Assembly: GCF_964355755.1 (NCBI RefSeq)
Contig: NC_092677.1
Location: forward strand, 7,710,101-7,774,100
Reading direction: 5' to 3'
Source of the DNA: Antedon mediterranea
Taxonomy: Eukaryota; Animalia; Echinodermata
DNA: 64,000 nt
This document shows, piece after piece, positions 1-11,469 of this stretch (the stretch's first letter is position 1; each line of letters begins with the position of its first letter). The notes under the pieces were generated by a model. That model ran no database searches, was not told the origin of the DNA, and saw nothing but the letters and a program-made list of their open reading frames with translations. Both the position numbers and the translations under genes were made by a program.

Positions 1-225
1 ATGTAGTGTGTTCTCATAAAAGGCGTCATGAGTTACCTCTCAGACACCTTTCTATAATATATTTCAAGAGTATTGTCTGTGTCAATGTTTTCACAGGTTG
101 TCGCTATATCAAAGTTTTTTCATCTAACATCTGGTTGATAGAAGTGATTGCTCCATTTTTATAAAATGACGTAGTGTAGTGTAGTGGATACATCTGCTTG
201 CTTTGGTAAACAATGCATTTACGCA
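1..225 (-). pseudogene. Decayed paralog of the terminal cytoplasmic exon of the IgSF receptor at 24861-30022
   Basis: Collinear matches to 24861-25050: atgtagtgtgttctcataaa vs atgtagtactctcgtaaa; tcaatgttttca in both; tttggtaaacaatgcatttacg vs tttggtaaataatgcatgtacg. Minus translation *MHCLPKQAD...FYENTLH vs YMHYLPNEEE...VYESTT*, with stops, frameshifts and no intact acceptor. Confidence 0.7.
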
Positions 226-1385
226 TAAACAAACAAATCTATTAAAACTACTAACGACACTGATGGCTTAAGTTATTTGCATAAGTACGGTAACATGTGT
301 CACACTCTCATGGTTATGGTGAACCTGTTTTTTCGTCACTCCTCCATTTGCCTTTGAGCGAACAGTCCGATTTGTGAAGGTTTAATATTGTGTGTTGTAT
401 TATGGTGTGCGCTACTCTCTCTCTCCCAGAATAACCAATTCTAGGATGTTTAATGTTACTATGTATAACGCTTGCATTTTATGTGAAAGCAGAGGAACGC
501 CTAGCCTAGGTGCGAATAATATATTATTGTGGTGGTAAGTAAACGAATTTTAAAACAGATTGTACAGTGGGTGTAGCTACATTTAGTAGTTTAATATGTC
601 AGTGCTGTAGGCCCCTAACTTTTGTGAAACTATAGCAATTTTTAACACTCAATATTTAACAATAAAAAGTTTAATTTAATTAAAAGTTGCCGTTTTATTG
701 TAAACTGTGGAAAAAATAATAAATGCAAACTATAAATTAAAATAAAGAACCGATCTGACAGTTAAATCCAAGGCTACAGATACCAATCTCAGATTTTCCT
801 ATGCATTAGCGACGTCGCATACAATTGACGGAAGGATGTACGTTGGAAAACCGTAACTCTCGTTGCATTTAAAGCCGAGTTATAGGCCTATTGACAGAGT
901 TTACTTTCAACAAGTACATCCAATACCATTTTCAAAGTAATTTTTATCATTTTCACTCCACATTAATGTGCTATGAAAAGTCTGCCGTGCAAACATAATT
1001 TTATTAGGCCATACATAATATATATAATACAGGAAAAAAGATCTTGGCAGTCATATGGTTATCAAGTGCGGGTAGAGATTTTTATTGCCTGTTGTATCAT
1101 AGCCAAGTTTAGGATATACTATATATCATTTCTTCGTTTAATCATGAAGCTCATACTTTTTGTGAAAGGAGAGAAGCCTGAAACCTTACATTAGTGTGGT
1201 AAGTACACGGTGTGTTTACTACTAAAACATGATCAATTATTTATAAACAAACAAATTTGCGAAAATCAATTTTACAGCTTCTTTTATTTTTCGAAAGAAT
1301 TGCCAATTTATTTGTATCTAAAAACCAAATGAACATTTTAAAATCAAATTATAGATAGAGCTTAAAATACACTTTCGAAACTCAC

Positions 1386-1476
1386 TTTATGTTATTAATA
1401 CATACAGAAGTTATCAATCCAACCAAATATGCTGTTGCTGAACTTGCAACTGTTATTAAAGGCTTTGCATTGCAGG
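1386..1476 (-). pseudogene. Transmembrane exon of the same decayed IgSF receptor paralog
   Basis: ttttatag acceptor and gtgagt donor. Encodes ACNAKPLITVASSATAYLVGLITSVCINNI, aligning without gaps to AFNIPISIIAVSSVTLFVAGCLTSMCLSKTM at 25655-25746. Confidence 0.75.
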
Positions 1477-4400
1477 CTATAAAAATAAAGGTACATAAAA
1501 ACCACATTAAGTAAACGTTTGGTTCGGTAAAAGTTAAGTGGATGAAACACACACACAAAATGTTCAACACACGCAAAAGTTTAATTTTAAGTACCTCCAA
1601 ATGTATTGTTAAGTTTGTGGGCGGGTGATGGAGTAGTCTCACTATTCAACAGGTTACTTGGCGCTTTAGTTGACAAACCACTACAAGTTGTTGAGGTGCA
1701 GTCATTATTTTCAGAACCTTTAGGCCTAATTCAATTGATGTAAAGGAGAAAATGATACATGTTACAATCGACTTAAAGAAAGTATAAGTTCTATCTATTT
1801 GGCTTAAAACATAGTGGGTTTGCGGCCAAACAATGTACAAAAGTTGTCATTAAATTTGAGTCAATTCATTCTACTTTGTCGTTCGTTTTGTGAGTAGGCC
1901 TACAACCTCCATGTGCTTAATTAATGTGGTAATTCAACGCGACCGGAAGATAATCTCTAACTTACTAATTCGAGAATAAGTTATGTTAACGAAACTGGTT
2001 TTGACTCATTATTGGATGATTTGTAAGCAGTATTTTAAATTGAAAGGGGTAATAAGAACTAGATTTAATTCGTCACTATGACGAATTATAGGTTATATGC
2101 ATTGATTTAAATAAAGATAATTGATTTTTAAAAGATATATTGATTGATTGATTTTCTCAGAATCTTTAATTATTTATAATATATGATAGGACCTTGCTAA
2201 CGCGAACACCATAGCCGGTATCACAATCCGATCAAAGATCCATATGCGTATAATGTCATAAACCACATTTGTTGTTACATAATAATAAAGACATAAGTTA
2301 ATTTTTATCTAGATTTCATTAAAAATCATGTGTATAATCTATACACTAAGAAATAAATTTGAACAAACAATACGGATAATAAAAAAAAAATCTTATTTCG
2401 TTTCCCAAGGTGAGACTCGATCTCGGTACCTTGAATGCCATAGACACGAGCACAGACCATCGAGCCATACACAACTGACTAAACGTTGTAGAAAAATTCC
2501 TCCGTGTATTTACTATGCAGTAACCACTTTGATGCAAATAGATTATTACATACCGAAATGAATTATAATTTTTTACTATGATGACATCTTTAAAATGTAT
2601 ACAAATGATGCACTGTCAAACTACATACTTTTAAATTTAATATATGAATTTTTGAAGGAAGAAAGTTAATTTTAAGTTTGTTATTTTGGCCTAAGAAAAT
2701 GTCATAATTTGTTTGATTGTCGAAATTATTTTTTTTTAATTTAATATGCAATTAATGATGACTTAATCAACTTTTGTTCTCTTTATTTGATAATAAATCA
2801 TACATATGATACATGCACTTCAAGAAAATGAAATAAAAAATAGGTGTTCCCCTGTATTCTGACGATATATATTAATTTTAAAATTTAGCATATTTTCACC
2901 ATTTTGTTAACTTATACGTGCGTAGCCAGTCATTTTTGACGTGCTCGTATAACGCAATTTCGAGTTGAAACCTGAATCAAATATGATGATATTATTAAAG
3001 AAAGATTGTAAAACAGAAATCAGGCAAAAAGAGTGCGTATTAACGTTTAACGCGCAGTGCGCGTGTAAAAATATGCGCACTCATGGCAATTTTTTAAACG
3101 CTTAAAATTGCCTGAAACGTACTCTAATTTCATCGAAAATAAATTTTGACAATTTTGAACATTTTAAGCACGCGTACGCAAGCGTTATATGCGCTACGCA
3201 CGTAATTTTATTGCCATATGATGAAATATGACCTGAAATTTATGAGTACCAAATTTTGTTTAATTGTGATTCATGCTTGTGAAGATATGATTACAAACGT
3301 GATTTCGTAAAATCGCGCGTAGACCGCGTAATTTTTGATTACGCATCGTGAAAATATAACCACATCGATTCCTGGCCATAAGGAATATACTCTGAAAACT
3401 TGACTTAGCTAGATGAAACTGATGCCAAGATAATGCACGGACAAAATAGTGCTAAGGAAAGAATAAATAAACTAGATTTAATTCGTCACTATGACGAATT
3501 ATAGGTTATATGCATTGATTTAAATAAAGATAATTGATTTTTAAAAGATATATTGATTGATTGATTTTCTCAGAATCTTTAATTATTTATAATATATGAT
3601 AGGACCTTGCTAACGCGAACACTATAGCCGGTATCACAATCCGATCAAAGATCCATATGCGTATAATGTCATAAACCACATTTGTTGTTACATAATAATA
3701 AAGACATAAGTTAATTTTTATCTAGATTTCATTATAAATCATGTGTATAATCTATACACTAAGAAATAAATTTGAACAAACAATACGGATAATAAAAAAA
3801 AATCTTATTTCGTTTCCCAAGGTGAGACTCGATCTCGGTACCTTGAATGCCATAGACACGAGCACAGACCACCGAGCCGTACACAACTGACTAAAAGTTG
3901 TAGAAAAATTCCTCCGTGTATTTACTATGCAGTAACCACTTTGATGCAAATAGATTATTACATACCGAAATGAATTATAATTTTTTACTATGATGACATC
4001 TTTAAAATGTATACAAATGATGCACTGTCAAACTACATACTTTTAACTTTAATATATGAATATTTGAAGGAAGAAAGTTAATGTTAAGTTTGTTATTTTG
4101 GCCTAAGAAAATGTCATAATTTTTTGATTGTCGAAATTATTTTGTTTAAATTTAATATGCAATTAATGATGACTTAATCAACTTTTGTTCTCTTTATTTG
4201 ATAATAAATCATACATATAATACATACACTTCAAGAAAATGAAATAAAAAATAGGTGTTCCCCTGCATTCTGACGATATATATTAATTTTAAAATTTAGC
4301 ATATTTTCACCATTTTGTTAACTTATACGTGCGTAGCCAGTCACTTTTGACGTGCTCGTATAACGCATTTTCGAGTTGAAACCTTAATCAAATATGATGA

Positions 4401-4882
4401 TATTATTAAAGAAAGATTGTAAAACAGAAATCAGGCAAAAAGAGTGCGCATTAACGTTTAACGCGCAGTGCGCGTGCAAAAATCTGCGCACTCATGGCAA
4501 TTTTTTAAACGCTTAAAATTGCCTGAAACGTACTCTAATTTCATCGAAAATAAATTTTGACAATTTTGAACATTTTAAGCGCGCGTACGCAAGCGTTATA
4601 TGCGCTACGCACGTAATTTTATTGCCATATGATGAAATATGACCTGAAATTTATGAGTACCAAATTTTGTTTAATTGTGATTCATGCTTGTGAAGATATG
4701 ATTACAAACGTGATTTCGTAAAATCGCGCGTAGACCACGTAATTTTTGATTACGCATCGTGAAAATATAACCACATCGATTCCTGGCCATGAGGAATATA
4801 CTCTGAAAACTTGACTTAGCTAGATTAAACTGATGCCAAGATAATGCACGGACAAAATAGTGCTAAGGAAAGAATAAATAAA

Positions 4883-7800
4883 CTAGATCTAAACTCGTCA
4901 CTTGAGGACGAGTTTGGTTATCCGCCCGCAACAAAACATATCTTGCGCATTCAAGTACTTTTCAGTTGTGACTTTTCCAAAAAGTAGCCTATTCAAAATT
5001 AAAACTGCCCTTTCAGTGTATTAACCAAACAAATCTTTTTATTTAATTGCTTTCCCGTGATGGGATTCGATCCCGGTACCTCTGATACCAAAGTCGGTTG
5101 CACTACACATCGAGCCATATGAGAACCTGCTGAAGAAAATCCGAAGAAAGAGTCCTCGTTCATTCGGTATGTCGTGAACCCCCTCGATGCAAGTTGATTA
5201 TTACATATCGAACTTAAATCATAATTTTTACTATGATGAAATCTTCACAAATTTTAAACAGTAACATATTATGAAAGTGCATACTTTCAAGTTTTATATA
5301 TTAACATGTAAAGAAAAAAGATAAACGTTATGTATATTGTTTTACTCTTTGAATATGTTTATGTTAGTTTGATGATAATTATTTCAAAAATTACATTTAA
5401 TATGCAAATAATGTAGCTATCAAACACTTTTTAACATTCAAGACTATAATAAATTAGACCTATGATTAATACACTGCAAGAAAATAAAATAAAAAATTGG
5501 GGTAACCTTGCATTCTGATGAACTGTTTCATTTTTAAAAGTAGACATATTTTGCAACATTTTCACAATTTGTTGACGTTTTCGTGCGCAACCTGTCATGT
5601 TTAACGTGCTCGTAGAAAGCCATTTCAAGTTGAAAAGTGAATAAAATAACGTAAAATTGTTAACCGAAGATTTAAAAACACAAATCGTGCAAAAGAAATG
5701 TTCATACGTGTTCCCTGCGCCGTGCGCGCGTAAAAATGTGCGCACCAGTGGCAATTTTTTAACGCTTAAAATGACCTGAATCGTACTCTAATTTAATCAG
5801 AAATTGATTTGAAGCATTTTAAAATTTCAAACGCCATTTACGCGCGCACTTTCTAATGTTACAAATTGCAGTAGCGTTAAAAAAGTTAACTATTGATGAG
5901 AAGCAAACGTGGCTGAAAATGACGTTAACAAATATTCATTTGTTTCGAAGTTATAACCAATTTAAGATTTTCAGAAAATCACGCGTAACTTACGCTACGC
6001 GGCTCTGACATCGTCAAAAAGCTTGGCTGGACAACTTCAGTAAAATGTCTAAATGCTGAACAAGTTACAACATATTATGTTTACACGTTGAAGAGAAACA
6101 GCGTGCACAAAATAAGAAGAGTAAAATATTTCAAACGCAATTTACGCGAAAACTTTCTAATCTCCAAAAATTTGTTAAACATTCCAAAAGTTAGCCATTG
6201 ATGTGAAGAAAACGTGGCTGAAAATTTCGTTAAAAAATATTTATCGGTTTCGAAGTTATGACCGATTTAAGATTTTCAGAAAATCGCGCGTAACTTACGC
6301 TACGCGGATCTGACATTGTCAAAAAGCTTGGCAGTACATCTTCAGTTAATTGTCTATATGTTGACCAAGTTACAAAATGTTATGTTAACACGTTCAAGAG
6401 AAAACGCGTGCACAAAATCTGAGAAAGAAAGAAGAATAATAAAAAAAAAAAAAAAGTAACACTACAATAACAAATGCTTATCCGCTTGAGGCGGATAACC
6501 AACTAGATCTTAAACTCGTCACTTGAGGACGAGTTTGGTTATCCGCCCGCAACAAAACATATCTTGCGCATTCAAGTACTTTTCAGTTGTGACTTTTCCA
6601 AGAAGTAGCCTATTCAAAATTAAAACTGCCATTTCAGTGTAATAACCAAACAAATCCTTTTATTTAATTGTTTTCCCGTGATGGGATTCGAACCCGGTAC
6701 CTCTGATACCAATGTCGGTTGCACTACACATCGAGCCATATGAGCACCTGCTGAAGAAAATCCGAAGAAAGAGTCCTCGTTCATTCAGTATGTCGTGAAC
6801 CCCCTCGATGCAAGTTGATTATTACATATCGAACTTAAATCATAATTTTTACTATGATGAAATCTTCACAAATTTTAAACACTGACATATTATGAAAGTG
6901 CATACTTTCAAGTTTTATATATTAACATGTAAAGAAAAAAGATAAAACGTTATGTTTATTGTTTTACTCTTTGAATATGTTTATGTTTGTTTGTTGATAA
7001 TTATTTCAAAAATTACATTTAATATGCAAGTAATGTAGCTATCAAACACTTTTTAACATTCAAGACTATAATAAATTAGACCTATGATTAATACACTGCA
7101 AGAAAATAAAATAAAAAATGGGGGTAACCTTGCATTCTGATGAACTGTTTCATTTTTAAAAGTAGACATATTTTGCAACATTTTCACAATTTGTTGACGT
7201 TTTCATGCGCAACCTGTCATGTTTAACGTGCTCGTAGAACGCCATTTCAAGTTGAAAAGTGAATAAAATAACGTAAAATTGTTAACGGAAAATTTAAAAA
7301 CACAAATCGTGTAAAAGAAATGTTCATACGTGTCCCCTGCGCCGTGCGCGCGTAAAAATGTGCGCACCAGTGGCAATTTTTTAAACGCTTAAAATGACCT
7401 GAATCGTGCTCTAATTTAATCAGAAATTGATTTGAAGCATTTTAAAATTTCAAACGCCATTTACGCGCGCACTTTCTAATGTTACAAATTGCGGTAGCGT
7501 TAAAAAAGTTAACTATTGATGTGAAGCAAACGTGGCTGAAAATGACGTTAAAAAATATTCATTTGTTTCGAAGTTATAACCAATTTAAGATTTTCAGAAA
7601 ATCACGCATAACTTACGCTACGGGGCTCTGACATCGTCAAAAAGCTTGGCTGGACAACTTCAGTAAAATGTCTAAATGCTGAACAAGTTACAACATATTA
7701 TGTTTACACGTTGAAGAGAAACAGCGTGCACAAAATAAGAAGACTAAAATATTTCAAACGCAATTTACGCGAAAACTTTCTAATCTCCAAAAATTTGTTA

Positions 7801-9745
7801 AACATTCCAAAAGTTAGCCATTGATGTGAAGAAAACGTGGCTGAAAATTTCGTTAAAAAATATTTATCGGTTTCGAAGTTATGACCGATTTAAGATTTTC
7901 AGAAAATCGCGCGTGACTTACGCTACGCGGATCTGACAGCGTCCAAAAGCTTGGCAGAACATCTTCAGTTAAATGTCTAAATGTTGACCAAGTTACAACA
8001 TGTTATGTTAACACGTTGAAGAGAAAACGCGTGCACAAAATCTGAGAAAGAAAGAAGAATAATAATAAAAAAAAAAAGTAACACTACAATAACAAATGCT
8101 TATCCGCTTGAGGCGGATAACCAACTAGATCTGAACTCGTCACTTGAGGACGAGTTTGGTTATCCGCCCGCAACAAAATATATCTTGCGCATTCAAGTAC
8201 TTTTCTGTTGTGACTTTTCCAAAAAGTAGCCTCTTCAAATTTAAAACTGTCCTTTCAGTGTAATAACCAAACAAATCTTTTTATTTAATTGTTTTCCCGT
8301 GATGAGATTCGAACCCGGTACCTCTGATACCAAAGTCGGTTGCACTACACATCGAGCCATATGAGCACCTGCTGAAGAAAATCCGAAGAAAGAGTCCTCG
8401 TTCATTCGGTATGTCGTGAATCCCCTTGATGCAAGTTGGTTATTACATATCAAACTTAAATCATAAATTTTACTATGATGAAATCTTCACACATTTTAAA
8501 CAGTGACATATTAGCAAAGTGCATACTTTCAAGTTTTATATATTAACATGTAAAGAAAAAAGATAAACGTTATGTTTATTGTTTTGCTCTTTGAATATGT
8601 TATTGTTTGTTTGATGATAACAATTTTTAAAATTAAATTTAATATGCAAATAATGTAGCAATCAAACACTTTTTAACATTCAACACTATAATAAATCAGA
8701 CCTACAATTCATAGACTGTAATAAAATAAAATAAAAAATGGGGGTAACCTTGCATTCTGATGAACTGTATCACTTTAAAAAGTAGACATTTTTTGCAACA
8801 TTTTCACAATTTGTTGACGTTTTCGTGCGCAACCAGTCATGTTTAACGTGCTCGTAGAACGCCATTTCAAGTTGAAAAGTGAATACGATAACGTAAAATT
8901 GTTAACCTAAGTTTGAAAAACACAATTTATGTAAAAGAAAAGCTTACACGCGTTCCCTGCGCCGTGCGCGCGTAAAAATGTGCGCACCAGTGGCAATTTT
9001 TAAACCCTTAAAATGACCTGAAACGTGCTCTAATTTAATCAGAAATTGATTTGAAGCATTTTAAAATTTCAAACGCCGTTTACGCACGCACTTTCTAATG
9101 TTACAAAATTCGGTAGGGATAAAAAAGTTAACAATTAATGTAAAGCAAACGTGGCTGAAAATGACGTTAAAAAATATTTATCTGTTTCAAAGTTATGATC
9201 AATTTAAGATTTTCAGAAAATCGCGCGTAACTTACGATACGCGCCTCTGACAGCGTCCAAAAGTTTGGCTGCACATCTTCAGTTAAATGTCTATATGTTG
9301 ACCAAGTTACAACATGTTATGTTCACGCGTTGCAGAGAAACAGTGTGTACAAATTTGGAGCATTTTAAAATTTCAAACGCAATTTACGCGCAAACTTTCT
9401 AGTGTCCAAAAATGTTCTAAAGATTGAAAAAGTTAGCCATTGATGTGAAGAAAACGTGGCTGCAAGTTACGTTAAAAAATATTTATCGGTTTCGAAGTTA
9501 TGATCAATTTAAGATTTTCAGAAAATCGCGCGTAACTTACGCTACGCGGCTCTGACAGCGTCCAAAAGCTTGGCTGCACATCTTCAATTAAATGTCTAAA
9601 GGTTTACCAAGTTACAACATGTTATGTTAACACGTTGCAGAGAAACGTCGCGTACAAAAGTGGCGGAAAGAAAGAAGAATAATAAAAAAAAAAAAAAAGA
9701 AACACTACAATTCCAAGGGCTTATCCGCTTGAGGCGGATAACCAA
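4883..9745 (-). mobile_element. Three head-to-tail ~1.62 kb copies (4883, 6503, 8125) of Helentron/Helitron2-like family B
   Basis: Each copy starts (+) ctagatct..aactcgtc-acttgag-gacgagtt-tggttatccgc and ends gcttatccgc-ttgag-gcggataacc; junctions read ccAActag. Each has two internal ~300 bp tandem subrepeats (e.g. ~5820-6120, ~6125-6420). Confidence 0.85.
6673..6741 (-). promoter_or_regulatory. tRNA-derived segment (Pol III A/B boxes) inside the Helentron; homologues at ~2402-2470, 3813-3881, 5052-5120, 8293-8362
   Basis: Minus strand tggctcgatgtg (A-box-like) ... gggttcgaatccc (consensus B box with T-arm stem). Acceptor and anticodon stems are broken, so not a functional tRNA. Confidence 0.65.
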
Positions 9746-9879
9746 TAACTAAATAAATAAAGAAATAAATAAAGATTTTGACAGAATCAAGAGGTTATAT
9801 GCATATCATGCATATAACCTAATTAAGGATTACCAATAGCAACTTTAATAACTGTCTTCAGATCAGGTACCGGTAGGTT

Positions 9880-10230
9880 GTAATTTCGTGAACCAGCTCA
9901 CTGGAGTAACCCTCGTTACAAATATTACCAGCTCTTTTTTCATCAATAGACCATAATTTTATATGATCATACTGTACACACTATTGTTGATGTGGTTAGG
10001 CATACAAAAGAAAAAACATTGCCACTACATGAGGTATGACGGACACTTTCCGGATGATGAGTAGGCTGACCTAGTGAATTTCATAACTTCAAAAACCAAA
10101 TTGTTTTTTAATTGTCTGTGTAGACATACTTGGTATAGGCATCTGACAGGGATCCCATACATTTTTTTATAAGCAGGAAGACTGAAAGAATATTATTTTT
10201 GTTGAATAGTGTTAAAGGCTGAATTTAAAA
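9880..10230 (-). pseudogene. Probable decayed FN3 exon of the left-hand IgSF receptor paralog
   Basis: Fragments in shifting frames (QPL, VWDP, YTKYV, HHP) in the same order as EPL, EWSPP, YTQYI, HHP of the FN3 exon at 26391-26741. Confidence 0.4.
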
Positions 10231-10530
10231 CGACGAGAGCAAACACAAACTACATAATTATGTTATTGTTAGTACTAACTAATATTCTTCTAATAATATA
10301 TCTTTTATACCAGAATCAGTACAATGCCTTAATTAATAAAGGCAACTTTATTTCAAGAACAGTACTTACCTACAAATCATAGAATTACGCAAAAAAAAAA
10401 AAACTTTCAGCATCTTCAAAGAATTGAATTAATTAGTTAATCAGTATACTACCTGCGTGGTTCATCGAGGAGATACTCCTTCAAAATATCAAAGTATATA
10501 TATATAGTTTATAACAAGAATAGTATATAA

Positions 10531-10682
10531 CGCACGCGTACGCACGCGTACGCGCGCTTAAAATTATCAAAATTTATTTTAAATGAAATTAGACGTTTCA
10601 GGCAATTTCAGTGCGCAGTTTTTCCACGCGGCGCGTTGAACCTTAATATGCACTCTTTTTGCCCGATTTCTGTTTTACAACC
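10531..10682 (+). mobile_element. Inverted fragment of the Helentron family A core
   Basis: Reverse complement of ~3005-3180 (cgtttcaggcaattt, gcactctttttgccc, atttctgttttacaa). Confidence 0.7.
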
Positions 10683-11469
10683 TGAATGTTATACATTTTT
10701 TAAGCACATGACCCGACTCCATACACAACATACTTTATGGGAACAGGTTCAGATAGAATTCAGTTAGGAGTTGTAACTCAGATGAGAGATCTTGGTGTTT
10801 TAGTTGATAATAAATTGAATTTTCATGATCATATCGTTGAAGTTGTTAAAAAGGCTAACTCTAGACTTGGTTTAATTAAGAGAACCTTTGAATATTTAGA
10901 CAGTCATTTAGTGTCTATCCTTTATAAATCAATGGTTAGACCGATTTTAGAATATTCTAGTACGGCTTGTCTTCCTCAGTTTGTTGGTGATTCTATTCTC
11001 TTAGAAAAAGTTCAGCAAAGAGCCACAAAACTTGCTGTGGAAATTAAAACTCAACCATATAGTGACCGAATGAAATTTATGAAACTGCCATCATTAGCAT
11101 TTCGAAGAAAGAGGTATTGCTGCTTACAGATTTTTAGAATGATACAAAAGTATGATAATGTTAATCCGGGTGTCTTTTTTTGAATTAGCACCATCTACTG
11201 TAACTAGAGGCCACAATTTTAAAATTAAAAAAGTTCATAGTAAATCGAAACACAGACAGAAATTCTTTTCAATATCTGCAGTAAATGATTGGAATAGTTT
11301 GCCATATCATATAGTAAATGCATCCTCTATAAATAATTTTAAAACCCATCTTGAAACACACTGAAAAACCCACAACCTAAAGTTGGAGCCATATAACCAA
11401 GATGTTCAAAGAGGGACTCACAAACCTTAACAGGTTTATAGTCTAAAGGTCAAGGTAAATCAAGGTAAA
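10683..11469 (+). mobile_element. 5'-truncated CR1-like LINE fragment (ORF2 C-terminus, frameshifted)
   Basis: Motifs RDLGVLVDNKLNF, LYKSMVRPILEY, LEKVQQRATK, TRGH, FFS..AVNDWNSLP; frameshift near 11180; ends in a tandem caaggtaaat tail. Confidence 0.85.

Larger units (their letters stand above)
2057..9822 (-). mobile_element. Non-autonomous Helentron/Helitron2-like family A: two ~1.41 kb bodies (from 2059 and 3472) plus one shared terminus (9746-9822), interrupted by family B
   Basis: Minus-strand 3' end is hairpin aattcgtca-tag-tgacgaatt, then CTAG-TT. The subterminal motif aggttatatgca recurs in the hairpin aggttatatgcat-atc-atgcatataacct at 9792-9820. A-rich simple repeat near that end, no TSD, no ORF. 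Confidence 0.8.

Noticed and set aside
5052-5120. Functional tRNA gene
   Set aside because: Only A/B boxes and a short T stem; acceptor and anticodon stems do not pair.
2328-8453. ORFs of 63-107 aa in the Helentron array
   Set aside because: No Rep/helicase motifs, and they are not preserved between near-identical copies.
4883-9745. Regularly spaced palindromes as a CRISPR array
   Set aside because: Spacing is ~1.6 kb with homologous intervening sequence; eukaryotic context, no cas genes.
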